Below are positions 46,033 to 56,491 of a stretch of DNA of 64,000 nucleotides, in pieces. Both the position numbers and the translations under genes were made by a program. The stretch spans positions 2,144,001 to 2,208,000 of the forward strand of contig OZ223209.1 of NCBI GenBank assembly GCA_965140415.1. The letters run 5' to 3'. How positions within the stretch are numbered: position 1 is the first letter of the stretch; each line of letters starts with the position of its first letter. The notes below the pieces were generated by a model. It was given only the letters and a program-made list of their open reading frames with translations. It searched no databases and was not told the DNA's origin. This DNA comes from Myxococcota bacterium (lineage in GTDB: Bacteria > Myxococcota_A > SURF-8).

Positions 46033-48453
46033 TTACTTGGCCACGATATTGACCAGTTTGTTCGGAACGACGATCACCTTTCGCACCGTTGCGGTCAGGT
46101 ATTTCTTGACCTTTTCGTTTTCCAGGGCCAGCTTTTCCAACTCGTCCTTGGCTGTATCGCGAGCAACGGTCAATTCGCCGCGTAGTTTGCCGTTGACCTG
46201 CACGACGACCGTGATGGTATTGTCGATCAGCAAAGCGTCTTCGTAGCTTGGCCAAGGCTGGTTGTGTACGCTCTCCGAAGCGTCCGTATGACCCAGCGCC
46301 GCCCAAAGTTCCTCCGCCACGAACGGCAGGAAGGGGGCTGCCAAAACCACATAGGTTTCAAGCAGTTCACGGCTTCTGGCGTCGGCGGCGCGCATGTCGT
46401 TCAACAGCGTCATCAGTTGTGCGATGGCGGTATTGTAGGAAAGCGATTCGATATCCTCGCCGACCTTTTTGATGGTACGGTGCAACTGTCGCAGCACCGC
46501 GTCCGGGCAAACGTCGTTCGTTCCCTGATCGATGAAACCGAACAGCCGTTCGACGTAGCGACGGCAACCGGTAATGCCCTGGTCGTCGAAATCGCCGCCC
46601 AGCGTAAAGGGACCGATGAACATCAGGTACAGGCGGAAGGTATCCGCACCGTAACGTCCGATGAAGTCGTCCGGGTTGATGACGTTGCCCTTGCTCTTGC
46701 TCATCTTGCCGCCGTCTTTGGTGATGATGCCGTGTGCGCGGAAGGACTTGCAAGGTTCTTCGAAGTGCAGATAACCCAGATCATGCAACACCATGGTGAT
46801 AAAGCGGAAATAGAGCAGATGCCCGAAGCTGTGTTCTTTACCGCCGATGTACATATCCACCGGCAGCCACTTCTGGGTGATTTCCTTGTTCAAAAACTCC
46901 GTGTCGTGGCCGATGCTGGGATAGCGCAGGTAGTACCAGGCGCTGTCCAGGAAATTGTCGCTGACATCCGTTTCCCGGCGAGCGGGACTGCCGCATTTCG
47001 GGCAGGTCGTCTGAACCCAGTTGTCGTTGCGGGCCAAGGGGCTTTTTCCGCTGCCATCCGGGATATAGTCGTCCGATTCGGGGAGCAGGACCGGAAGCTG
47101 ATCTTCCGGAACCGGGACGTCGCCGCATTTTTCGCAGTTGACGATCGGAATGGGCGGTCCCCAGTAGCGCTGGCGGCTGATGCACCAGTCGCGCAGACGG
47201 TAATTGATGCTGCCCTTGCCGGTGCCTTTTTCTTCCAGCCAGGCGGTGACTTTTTCGATGGATTCCGAACCGGGGGTGCCGGTGAAATCGCCGGAGTTGA
47301 TCATCTGGCCGGGACCGCTATAGGCTTCGCCCAAATCACCCTGGGCCTTGCCGTCGGGAGCGATGACCTCGATTATCGGGATATTCATGACTTTGGCGAA
47401 TTCGTAGTCGCGCTGGTCGTGCGCGGGAACGGCCATAATCGCGCCGGTGCCATAGTCCATCAGAACGTAATCGGCGATGTAAATCGGCACCTGTTCGCCG
47501 TTCACGGGATTGATCGCATAGCCTCCGGTGAAGACGCCGGTTTTTTCCTTAACCAGTTCCGAACGTTCGAAATGGGATTTCTTCTTGGCTTTTTCCTGAT
47601 AGTCGTGCACCGCCTGTTTCTGCTCGTCGGTGGTGATTTTCTCGACCAATGGATGCTCGGGAGCGAAGACCATGTAGGTGACACCCCACAGGGTATCGGG
47701 GCGTGTCGTGAAGATCTGAAAGGCTTCGCTGCTTGTTTCCAGTGTAAACGTAACCGTTGCGCCCAGGCTCTTGCCGATTTTCGTGCGTTGCACGTTGGTG
47801 ACGATATCCGGCCAGTCGATGCTGTCCAGGTTGTTCAGCAGTCGCTCTGCGTAATCGGTGATTTTGAAGAACCACTGCGAGAGTTCCCGCTGCTCTACCT
47901 TCACATCGCCGTGACGTTCGCAGAAGCCGTCTTCCACCTGGCTGTCGGCGAGAACGGTTTTGCATTCCGGGCACCAGTTGACCGGGGCCGTTCGTTTTTC
48001 GGCCAGACCGTTTTTGTACAGTTGCAGAAAGATCCACTGGGTCCAGCGGTAATACTCGGGCGAGGTGGTATCCAGCGAGTGGGTCCAGTCGAACATGTTT
48101 CCCAGTTTTTTCAACTGGTTTTCGCGGAAATTCTCGACGTTCTCTTTGGTCAGTTGCGCCGGATGCTTGCCAACTTTCAGCGCGAAGTTTTCCGAGTGGA
48201 TGCCGAAAGCGTCGAAGCCCATCGGCTCGAAAACCGAATAGCCGTTAAGGCGCTTGTAGCGGCCATAAATGTCCGATCCGATAAAGGCAAAGCAATTTCC
48301 AACGTGCAGACCTTCCGCCGAAGGGTAGGGGAACATCATCAGATTGTAAAACGGGTTGGGGGCGTCGGTCAGGTCCAGATTGTAATCGCCACGTTCTTCC
48401 CAGATTTGTCGCCATTTCGCTTCGATTGCCGTTGGATCGTATGTCTTACTCAT
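46033..48453 (-). CDS. leuS: Leucine--tRNA ligase
   Basis: MFPYPS..LHVGN (HIGH), FTTRPDT, GTGAIMAVPAHDQRD, SRQRYWG, KMSKS. Confidence 0.98.
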   Translation of the reverse strand: MSKTYDPTAIEAKWRQIWEERGDYNLDLTDAPNPFYNLMMFPYPSAEGLHVGNCFAFIGSDIYGRYKRLNGYSVFEPMGFDAFGIHSENFALKVGKHPAQLTKENVENFRENQLKKLGNMFDWTHSLDTTSPEYYRWTQWIFLQLYKNGLAEKRTAPVNWCPECKTVLADSQVEDGFCERHGDVKVEQRELSQWFFKITDYAERLLNNLDSIDWPDIVTNVQRTKIGKSLGATVTFTLETSSEAFQIFTTRPDTLWGVTYMVFAPEHPLVEKITTDEQKQAVHDYQEKAKKKSHFERSELVKEKTGVFTGGYAINPVNGEQVPIYIADYVLMDYGTGAIMAVPAHDQRDYEFAKVMNIPIIEVIAPDGKAQGDLGEAYSGPGQMINSGDFTGTPGSESIEKVTAWLEEKGTGKGSINYRLRDWCISRQRYWGPPIPIVNCEKCGDVPVPEDQLPVLLPESDDYIPDGSGKSPLARNDNWVQTTCPKCGSPARRETDVSDNFLDSAWYYLRYPSIGHDTEFLNKEITQKWLPVDMYIGGKEHSFGHLLYFRFITMVLHDLGYLHFEEPCKSFRAHGIITKDGGKMSKSKGNVINPDDFIGRYGADTFRLYLMFIGPFTLGGDFDDQGITGCRRYVERLFGFIDQGTNDVCPDAVLRQLHRTIKKVGEDIESLSYNTAIAQLMTLLNDMRAADARSRELLETYVVLAAPFLPFVAEELWAALGHTDASESVHNQPWPSYEDALLIDNTITVVVQVNGKLRGELTVARDTAKDELEKLALENEKVKKYLTATVRKVIVVPNKLVNIVAK

Positions 48454-48672
48454 CGTTTTTCTCGATTTCTAAAGGGTCAACTGTTCAAATACCTGGAATT
48501 TCCCAATAAGATTTGGCAGGATAATGCATGTCGAATGGACAGGCAAGGGAAAAGTAACCCCTGTAAACAGGCTGCATATTCCCTGCTGATAGCCTGTTAT
48601 GGATGTGGTTATGTAAGTGATACTCAATTGCTTTGGATGCCTTTGGGCATCCATTGAAAAACAAGGAATTTC

Positions 48673-49815
48673 ATGAGTTTTTCATACGAATACGAAACCG
48701 GGCCGATTCGTCCACCTTCCGAGGCGTCGAGTTTACTGGTGCGGGTCAGTCGAAATTGCACCTACAATCGGTGTCGCTTCTGTACCAGCTATCATGGGCA
48801 ACGTTTCGAAAAACGCGCCGTACAGGAGGTCAAAGACGATATCGATCGCATGGCGGCGATTGCCGAACTGTTGTTGCAGCAAGCACAACTGGATGGCGGA
48901 CGCATGACGCAACAGGTGCTGGAAGCCGTCGCCCGAAAAGGCGTTGGCACGCATTTAAGCTATCAGATTGCGCTTTTCCTGGTGGGGGGTGGGCAGAACG
49001 TCTTTTTGCAGGACGCCAACAGCTTGGCTTTGCCTGCGGAAGATCTTGTGGCGGTGTTAGAGCATCTCTATCTGCGTTTTCCAAACGTGAAACGTGTAAC
49101 CAGCTATGCCCGCTCGCGAACGCTGGCCCAGCGCGGTGCACAGGCGCTTACGGAAATTCGAAAGGCCGGGTTAACGCGTGTGCATGTTGGGCTGGAATCC
49201 GGCTCCGACGAGGTGTTAGCGTTTATCCGCAAAGGGGTGACAGCCGAAGGGCATATCGCCGGAGGGCAGGCGGCCAAGCAAGCCGGGCTGGAATTGTCGG
49301 AATATGTCATGCCCGGTGTGGGCGGGGGTGAGTTAAGCGAACGGCACGCCATCGAGACTGCCAGGGTGCTGACCGCCATCGATCCGCATTTCATTCGCCT
49401 GCGCAGCTTCTATCCGTTGCCGGGTAGCGAACTGGCCGACGAACTGAAGCAGGGAAGCTTTGTGCTGCTGGATGAAGAAGGGCTCGTTCATGAAATCCGG
49501 CGCATGACCGAAGCGCTGGGCGATATTCACAGTACGCTGGCAAGCGATCACGACCGGAATTTGCTGATGGAAGTCGAAGGCACTTTTCCCCGGGATCGCG
49601 ACTACATGCTGGGTGTCATCGACCGCTATTTGCAGATGCCGGAAGAGGAGCGCCTGCTTTTTCGTATTGGCAGACGGCTGGGGCATTTCCGCTTATTGGA
49701 CGACTTGCAGGATCAGCGGGCACATCAGGCCGCTGAGGAGGCCGTGGACGAACTGACTCGCCGCTTTGGAGATGCCGAAGCCGGACTCTATCGCATCATT
49801 CAGGTGCAGATGTAG
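48673..49815 (+). CDS. Radical SAM protein
   Basis: IRPPSEA, CTYNRCRFC, GLESG. Confidence 0.9.
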   Translation: MSFSYEYETGPIRPPSEASSLLVRVSRNCTYNRCRFCTSYHGQRFEKRAVQEVKDDIDRMAAIAELLLQQAQLDGGRMTQQVLEAVARKGVGTHLSYQIALFLVGGGQNVFLQDANSLALPAEDLVAVLEHLYLRFPNVKRVTSYARSRTLAQRGAQALTEIRKAGLTRVHVGLESGSDEVLAFIRKGVTAEGHIAGGQAAKQAGLELSEYVMPGVGGGELSERHAIETARVLTAIDPHFIRLRSFYPLPGSELADELKQGSFVLLDEEGLVHEIRRMTEALGDIHSTLASDHDRNLLMEVEGTFPRDRDYMLGVIDRYLQMPEEERLLFRIGRRLGHFRLLDDLQDQRAHQAAEEAVDELTRRFGDAEAGLYRIIQVQM

Positions 49816-49872
49816 CAGATGTAATAGTGGTCACTGCTAGTTGAGTTGTGTTATTGGAAGTGGGTGCCCGGT

Positions 49873-49961
49873 GGGTGGCATGGGCGAACCGCAGGTTGCC
49901 CATGAGCCAAAACAAGAACACGGGCAAGCTCCATTCCATTCCGCTTTGCCACGTGGCACCC
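49873..49961. repeat. REP-like palindromic element, family B, copy 1
   Basis: 89 bp GGGTGGCATGGGC...GCCCATG...CACGGGCAAGC...GTGGCACCC; roughly 80% identical to 58711-58799 by eye. Confidence 0.8.
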
Positions 49962-50010
49962 TTGGTTATGACGTATTTCAAAGAATACTTATTTCTAACA
50001 GCCAGGCAGA

Positions 50011-50580
50011 CTATGCGCGGGTGTCCACGGAATTGGCTTTGCGAATAAACATCAGGTTGATCAGGTTGATCAGGACGTGAGCGACAATCGGTGCGGCCAG
50101 GGTTCCGGTTTGCTCGAAATACCAACCCAACAAGCCGCCCAGCGCCAGTGCGGAGATCGTCCAGGGAATGTACTGTTTGGATGGTCCGATATGCAATAAA
50201 CCGAAAAGCAGCGTGGTGGCGACCCAGCCGATGGCGGGTTGCATCGCGCCCCGGAAAAACGCCTCTTCGGCGATGCCGGAAAAGAAGGCAATGACTAAAA
50301 TATCCACGATGGTGATGCGTCCCAATAGACGCCCGAAATCCCGTTCCAGATTACGCGACCATTGAAAGTAAGCCACACTAAGCCGCGAAAGCACCACAAC
50401 GGCAATCGCCGTTGCCAGCCCCAGAGCCACTCCTCGAATAATATCCGTTTCCGAAATACGCCCGAGCCATTCGGGATGAACGAAGACCATCGAATCGCCG
50501 CGAAGCCACGCCCAGCCCATGGCCGCCGCCATCAGCGCGCCATAGAAGAAGACGACCAGTCCGAGGTTGATTCGTTGCAT
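50011..50580 (-). CDS. CPBP/Abi family intramembrane metalloprotease
   Basis: EEAFFRG, FGLLH, HVLIN. Confidence 0.92.
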   Translation of the reverse strand: MQRINLGLVVFFYGALMAAAMGWAWLRGDSMVFVHPEWLGRISETDIIRGVALGLATAIAVVVLSRLSVAYFQWSRNLERDFGRLLGRITIVDILVIAFFSGIAEEAFFRGAMQPAIGWVATTLLFGLLHIGPSKQYIPWTISALALGGLLGWYFEQTGTLAAPIVAHVLINLINLMFIRKANSVDTRA

Positions 50581-50588
50581 GATTTAGC

Positions 50589-52334
50589 CTAGAAGCGCAG
50601 TTCTCCCTGCGTCCGGAAACCGTCCGGGATTTGTAGTGATTGAATCTTTAGATCCTTGATAAAGGCGATTTTCCCTGCGGCCTGGGTTTTCCAAACCTGA
50701 TACTGCTGGTGTAATTGTGTGTTGGGGGAATCCGCAGGCGGCTTCAAGTTTTCCATCGTCTGACCCAGGCGTTGGAAGTCAAGAGCCATATCTCCGGCAA
50801 CTTTGCCGTTGCTTGCCAGGTTCAATTTGCCGGCAGGGTCCAGCACATGATTGATCGCGTCCGTACCGACGGCAACCATGAAGGCTTTACCGATGATACC
50901 CAACTGAACGGGAACGCCGTCGAGGTTCAGGTTCAGGAAATTGTCTCCTGTCGCGGTAGTGATTTCTCCTGCCACTTTGCCCTGTTTCGTCAACATGTCT
51001 TTAAGGGTTTGCAGCAGGTGTTTCGTGCGCGGCACATCTTTGATTCCCGCCATCAAAACCAATTTCGCCAAACCTACCATGTCATTGTCTGTCACGGTGG
51101 AAGCCTGGGTAATGGCAGGCGGCATGGGATTCAAGCCATAGAAAAGCACCGCCATTTCGCCATTGGCGTTCTGAATGAAATCCTTTTCCAGATCCAGCTT
51201 GGTCTGGGTCATCACGTCCTGTTTCCAGGTGGCGAATTGCTTTTTAAAGCGCGGACTGATGGTAAACAGGTGCTTTTTGATGGCATTGAAGTTCACGGTG
51301 CCGTACAGCGTTCCGATCGGATCGGATTTGAGTTTCAGCGCGCTCATGACCGTCGGACCCGAGCGCTGGAAAAAGCCTTTGAATTTGGCGATCTTTTTCT
51401 TATTGCCGATCAGTTCATGTACGAAGGAAACGCCCTGCGGCTTGATGGATACGGCAAAGATCTGACCGCCGAAGCCTTCTGCCATGCCAACGATATCTTC
51501 CAGCATATCCACGTAGGGAGTATTGGCGGAATCGCCCAACTGCTGGCGCAGTTCGGATTGGGCGCGGCGCGCATTCTGTTTGAGATCCTTCACGTAACGC
51601 TTGTAGTTGTTGTAACTGACCAGCGAGGTTTGATTGTCCAGGCGTCCCAGCATTTTGATGAACATGCGGTCGGAGGCCAGACTTTTTGCCTTTTTCAGTT
51701 TCACAACGGAATTCAGGTGCTTGTCGAACTGAGCCGAGTCCTTCGGCTGCCCCATCAGGTAAATCAGTTGATCCTGGATAACGTAGGCCAGATCCACTGC
51801 GCCGGTGCAAAGGCCGTCCTGGCTGAAACCATGGACCGTCAGTTCTCCTACTTTGCGATCCGGGCAGGCTTTGGACTGGGCCATCTGTTCCACCAGATTT
51901 TTCAAGGTGGCCTGCGTTTTTTCGACGTTGGCCGCCCGAGCGACGATCATCGGGACGGAGTCCTGGGAGAGGGAAAAGGCCACACCACCAAAGTCCAGAT
52001 CGAAACCGGCATCGGAGAGTTCTTTTGCGGAAAGCGGGTTGAAGCCCAGACCGCCGCGCAAGGAAAAGATAAATTGTTCGTATCGAAATTCGGGATCGAC
52101 GCTTTTGTATTTTTGCAGAATGGCATCCACCGAAGTGATGGTTTGCCGCAGATCAGCCATGATAACCGAGAAAGAAGCCGCTGCGGGAACATGTCCTGCC
52201 AACTTGGTGTAGGCGGCTTTTTCCTGTTTGGAAATACTTCCGGCACTAGCTGGAGAAACCGAACAGGTCAGCAAAATGAGTAGGAACCATACTGAGAAGC
52301 GGTGAATTTTACGTGTTGAAAATCCGGCGTACAT
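50589..52334 (-). CDS. Exported hypothetical protein
   Basis: Long ORF with signal peptide (ASA); no motif I can name confidently. Confidence 0.7.
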   Translation of the reverse strand: MYAGFSTRKIHRFSVWFLLILLTCSVSPASAGSISKQEKAAYTKLAGHVPAAASFSVIMADLRQTITSVDAILQKYKSVDPEFRYEQFIFSLRGGLGFNPLSAKELSDAGFDLDFGGVAFSLSQDSVPMIVARAANVEKTQATLKNLVEQMAQSKACPDRKVGELTVHGFSQDGLCTGAVDLAYVIQDQLIYLMGQPKDSAQFDKHLNSVVKLKKAKSLASDRMFIKMLGRLDNQTSLVSYNNYKRYVKDLKQNARRAQSELRQQLGDSANTPYVDMLEDIVGMAEGFGGQIFAVSIKPQGVSFVHELIGNKKKIAKFKGFFQRSGPTVMSALKLKSDPIGTLYGTVNFNAIKKHLFTISPRFKKQFATWKQDVMTQTKLDLEKDFIQNANGEMAVLFYGLNPMPPAITQASTVTDNDMVGLAKLVLMAGIKDVPRTKHLLQTLKDMLTKQGKVAGEITTATGDNFLNLNLDGVPVQLGIIGKAFMVAVGTDAINHVLDPAGKLNLASNGKVAGDMALDFQRLGQTMENLKPPADSPNTQLHQQYQVWKTQAAGKIAFIKDLKIQSLQIPDGFRTQGELRF

Positions 52335-52354
52335 ACAATCCTCCGAAAGTCGTT

Positions 52355-53839
52355 CTAATACTCCGTACAGCCTCGGCACAGAGAGGTGAATTCGTCTAGC
52401 GCCCGGCGTTTTTCTTCGCCATCCAGAAATCGTATAATTGATCCGTTATCGGACGACCCGTCCATCCGAACCGGTTTGAAGTCGTAACCGGCGATCCCCA
52501 TTTTGGTTAAGGAGACCGAAAAGATCAAGCTTTCTTTTCCTTTCTCCGAGGATGTGGAATTCAAATTTCCGGCGGAGAACAGGATCAATTTGTTCTTCTG
52601 TTCTACAATTGGTTGAATTTCTTCAGGATGTTGACCCAGAACCAGGGACGCATTGGCTTGCAGCGCAAGATCCGCAGCGCGTCGCTGAATGAATGTGGGG
52701 CAAGCTTCTTCGGATTGTGGCCAGTGCAGCATAACGATGACGTAGTCCGTAACTGCTTGAAGTTGCTTGATATCTTTCTGGATGCGCTTTTCGTAGTTTA
52801 AAAACGAAATCGTGGTCACATCGTTGGTCGCCATGCCAACGGCTTCTTTTACTGCGGTCGTCCAGGATCGGCTTTGCTCCTCGACCAGGGAATAGCCGAT
52901 GAATCCCAGTCGAATGCCCTTTGTTTCAATGGCAACCGCCGCCGCTTTCGCTGCATTAGCTATAGTAGGCCGAAGGTAACGAATCTTGTGCGCCGACAAT
53001 TCCCGGCGAAAGGCGTCGATCGTGCTGCGGCTGCTTTCCCAGAATTCGGGGGAGAGCAGAACCAGCAGGTCATATCCCATAAACTCCAGTAATTTCGCAC
53101 TTCCAGCAGCGGCCACTTCCCCGCCGGACTGTCGCCCGGAAATCGCACCGATTAATAAATCCGTGCCGGCCAGCTTCGTTTTCAGGTTCTGTTTTCTAGA
53201 ATCGCTTTTATAGCGGTCGACAATTATGGCACCAGTATAGGAGAGCACGAGATTCTGCGCCGATGTGCCCTTCAGTTGGTTATCCGACATCAAGAGCCGG
53301 GGTTGATCGCCTCCCGCGTTCGGTTGCGCCCGATAGGTGATGAAAAGAGACTGAATCACCTGTTTTTTTCCGATTGTGTTCTCGGTGTAACGCAAATTCA
53401 CACGGCTGTGTTCGGAGGTCCAGACCATGTCGGAATAGGAACGCTGGGAAAAGGGCGACTCGATGGGACGTTCGCCGTTTTCCAGTTGCCCGGCTGCGCC
53501 GAATTGCTGGTTCAATGCGGAGAATACTCGCGAAAACAGTTCTTTATCCGGGCGCTTGAAGTCGATTTCGACTTCGTAAAGATGATTGGATTTGAAACTG
53601 TAATAAACACGTGCAGGCGCTTGGAGAACGGGTTGATCCTTGCAGAAGCGGGCGATACGGGTACGCTGGAAGGCGTCCAATCCACTGTAGCTGCGCACCA
53701 GTCCGCGTTCGGTGCTCGACAGCACCCGGTAAGAGACTCCCCAGGGGTAGGGATCTTTAAACGACCAGCCCCACGCAACATTCGTTGCGCATAGCAGAAG
53801 AAGCAGTAAAATCCATTGAAAATAGCGCTTGCTCATCAT
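52355..53839 (-). CDS. CapA-family (metallophosphatase-fold) protein with N-terminal extension, apparently degenerate
   Basis: DYVIVMLHW, LVLGQHP..IQP and FSAGN resemble CapA motifs; signal peptide. Confidence 0.7.
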   Translation of the reverse strand: MMSKRYFQWILLLLLLCATNVAWGWSFKDPYPWGVSYRVLSSTERGLVRSYSGLDAFQRTRIARFCKDQPVLQAPARVYYSFKSNHLYEVEIDFKRPDKELFSRVFSALNQQFGAAGQLENGERPIESPFSQRSYSDMVWTSEHSRVNLRYTENTIGKKQVIQSLFITYRAQPNAGGDQPRLLMSDNQLKGTSAQNLVLSYTGAIIVDRYKSDSRKQNLKTKLAGTDLLIGAISGRQSGGEVAAAGSAKLLEFMGYDLLVLLSPEFWESSRSTIDAFRRELSAHKIRYLRPTIANAAKAAAVAIETKGIRLGFIGYSLVEEQSRSWTTAVKEAVGMATNDVTTISFLNYEKRIQKDIKQLQAVTDYVIVMLHWPQSEEACPTFIQRRAADLALQANASLVLGQHPEEIQPIVEQKNKLILFSAGNLNSTSSEKGKESLIFSVSLTKMGIAGYDFKPVRMDGSSDNGSIIRFLDGEEKRRALDEFTSLCRGCTEY

Positions 53840-53931
53840 CCACGCTTTTGATATGACAAAACCTGTGATTCATCCCACCATTGGGTGTCGGTGATAGCCA
53901 AATTGTATACCACATTCCCGATCGATATGAA

Positions 53932-55602
53932 ATGAGAACCCGTACTTTTTTCCTTTGCGTTGCAATTATCCTGTGTTTGTCCGGCGCTTTCGCTTATGCG
54001 AATGAGCGCACGGTTGTCAACGAAGATGTGGCGCAAGAACAGATTCGCCTGCTTTATTCCAGCCGCTTGAGCTTCGACGACAAGGGCGTACCTCTAGTTG
54101 GTGTGGGTTTGATGGATGGGCTGGACAAGCTTGAAATCACGGCGGAAGCGGACCTGCAAGCCACCGTATACAATCACAAAACGCGAAAGGTTTCCATCGG
54201 GGCGAGCGGTATATTGACGCTGCGTTTACGGGAATCGGCACCGGGGCGCACCGTTGATCACGTGGTGGTGGATTCGATCGCCCAGCGGGACCGGGAGGAG
54301 CTGACGGATCTCGTTCAGATCTGGAAGAACCAGGGCGTGCCGACTACGATTCTGCGTATCGGCTCGATTCTTTCCCTGCAAGGGGAGATCGTCAACAACG
54401 TGCGTTTTCTGCTGGTCGCCGGGACGTACTACGATGAGAAAAGCGCGACTGCGCACCGCGACCGCCTGAACGGACGATTCGACACCAAAGCGTATCTTTT
54501 CCGACAAATCGAGACCATGCCATCCGGCGTGATCGAGGTGCTGGATGCCGAAGGGCGGCTGTTGGTCGAAAGTCGCAATCTGCTGCGATTAACCAGAACC
54601 GGGCAGGGGCCGATCTTCGTACCCAATTGTACTCACAACCAGGGTTTTCATAATGAAGGCGTTTCCAATCGCTCTTTTTCCGGCAGTTTGTACGTGACTC
54701 TGGATCGAAACGGAAAACTGGCGCTGGGAAACGCGATTACGATTGAAGAAGTCTTAAAGGGCACCGTGCCCAGCGAAATCTTTCCTTCCGCGCCGATGGA
54801 TGCCTTGAAGGCCCAGGCGGTTGCGGCGCGCGGGCAATTGCTGGCGAAACTGGGAGTAAGGCATCTGGCCGATCCTTTCCACATCTGCGCGAGTCAGCAT
54901 TGTCAGGTGTACCATGGCGCCAACGGCCACACTGCCAGGACGGACCAGGCTGTCGAGCAGACGCGCGGGCAGTTCTTGTTCGGTGGGGAAGGGTTGGTGG
55001 ATACCGTTTACAGCGCCAGTTCCGGCGGGTATACGGAGAATAACGAGTCGGTCTGGCCGCAGATCGCCAATCCGAACCTGCGCGGCAAGCTGGACGGTCC
55101 CGAGGATCGCCGATTCTCCAAGGGGATTACGGAAAGCAATTTGGATGCTTTCCTGGATTCTCCGCCGGTCGTGTACTCCAGCGGCTCGGGATACAACCAG
55201 GAAGCGTTTCGCTGGACGCGCTCCTATAGCGCCGCGCAGATTTCTTCTCTTGTCAACCGAAGCTACAATCTGGGTCGCATTCTGGAATTGAAACCATTAC
55301 GTCGTGGCGTTTCGGGGCGCGTGAACGAGTTGGAAATCATCGGCAGCGAGAAGTCTCAGGTGGTTCATGGCGAGTTGCGCATCCGGCGCTTGCTCGGCGA
55401 TCTGCGCTCCTCGCTGATCCGCATCCGCATTCACTACGGCGAAAACGGCGAGCCGCGCCGGTTCATCATCGACGGTGCAGGCTTTGGGCATGGCGTGGGA
55501 TTGTGCCAGACCGGCGCGATAGGCCGGGCGCTGGTCGGTCAGAGCTACGAAACAATTCTGAAACACTATTACGGCAACAGCCGGTTGAAAACGCTGTACT
55601 AA
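53932..55602 (+). CDS. SpoIID/LytB lytic transglycosylase domain protein
   Basis: VPSEI, ALKAQAVAAR, CQVYHG, GFGHGVGLCQTGA, ILKHYY. Confidence 0.93.
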   Translation: MRTRTFFLCVAIILCLSGAFAYANERTVVNEDVAQEQIRLLYSSRLSFDDKGVPLVGVGLMDGLDKLEITAEADLQATVYNHKTRKVSIGASGILTLRLRESAPGRTVDHVVVDSIAQRDREELTDLVQIWKNQGVPTTILRIGSILSLQGEIVNNVRFLLVAGTYYDEKSATAHRDRLNGRFDTKAYLFRQIETMPSGVIEVLDAEGRLLVESRNLLRLTRTGQGPIFVPNCTHNQGFHNEGVSNRSFSGSLYVTLDRNGKLALGNAITIEEVLKGTVPSEIFPSAPMDALKAQAVAARGQLLAKLGVRHLADPFHICASQHCQVYHGANGHTARTDQAVEQTRGQFLFGGEGLVDTVYSASSGGYTENNESVWPQIANPNLRGKLDGPEDRRFSKGITESNLDAFLDSPPVVYSSGSGYNQEAFRWTRSYSAAQISSLVNRSYNLGRILELKPLRRGVSGRVNELEIIGSEKSQVVHGELRIRRLLGDLRSSLIRIRIHYGENGEPRRFIIDGAGFGHGVGLCQTGAIGRALVGQSYETILKHYYGNSRLKTLY

Positions 55603-55613
55603 GGGATAAAGTC

Positions 55614-56477
55614 ATGGACATTGCATTGGATTGCCTGCCCTGTTTTTTAAAGCAGACCATTTCATTGACCAAACGCTTACAACTTTCCCCGGAAAACGCC
55701 AAGGTCACGCTGCGGCGCGTGCTTGGTGAACTGGAGCAGTTCGAGTCGCACGCGGTGACGACAACCATGGCTCGCAGGTTGAATCTCATTATCCGGGAGC
55801 AGTCGGGTTTACCCGATCCGTATGCGGAAGAAAAGCAGCGCGTCAATGCCTGGATGATGCAGATCGTGCAAGATCTGAAAGCCAAGGACGACGGCTGGCG
55901 GGATTTTCATCGGGCGGCGCGCTTGGCGGTAGCCGGAAACGTCATCGATCTGGGCGCGTTTCCCGATCTGAACCGGGAACGTATTCTGCAAACCTTGCAG
56001 GATGTTTCCGGCGCGGTGTTCGTGCGCGACGACAGCGCGTTGTTGCAGGAGAAAGTTCAACAGGCAAAGCGGATTCTGTACATCGGCGACAATGCCGGGG
56101 AAATCGTCTTCGACAAGCTGTTTATCTCGCTCTTTCCAGAAGGTAAAACCACCTTTGCCGTCCGTGGTGGTCCCGTGCTGAACGACGCCACCCGCAAGGA
56201 TGCTGCGCAGGTGCAGATGGAGGACGTTGCCACGATAATCGATACCGGCGCGGAGCTGCCCGGAGTCGTATTGGAGGAATCCTCGCAGGAATTCCAAACC
56301 GCCTTCAACGAGGCCGATTTGATTATTTCGAAAGGGCAGGGGAACTACGAATCGCTTCATGATGTTTCGAATCGCCCCATTGTGTACATGCTGATGGCCA
56401 AGTGCGCGCGGGTCGCCGGGGAATTCGACTGTCCCATTGCAAGTTATCTGATTACCGCCACACGCGCCGAAGGATGA
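55614..56477 (+). CDS. DUF89/ARMT1-like damage-control phosphatase
   Basis: DCLPC, GNVID, DNAGE, LNDAT, KGQGNYESL. Confidence 0.93.
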   Translation: MDIALDCLPCFLKQTISLTKRLQLSPENAKVTLRRVLGELEQFESHAVTTTMARRLNLIIREQSGLPDPYAEEKQRVNAWMMQIVQDLKAKDDGWRDFHRAARLAVAGNVIDLGAFPDLNRERILQTLQDVSGAVFVRDDSALLQEKVQQAKRILYIGDNAGEIVFDKLFISLFPEGKTTFAVRGGPVLNDATRKDAAQVQMEDVATIIDTGAELPGVVLEESSQEFQTAFNEADLIISKGQGNYESLHDVSNRPIVYMLMAKCARVAGEFDCPIASYLITATRAEG

Positions 56478-56491
56478 TGCTATAGGTGGGT

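Noticed and set aside
46264-48657. 797-aa antisense ORF opposite leuS
   Set aside because: Typical stop-poor mirror frame of a GC3-rich gene; no recognisable domain
50715-52283. 522-aa antisense ORF
   Set aside because: Mirror frame of the minus-strand exported protein, which has the signal peptide and operon context
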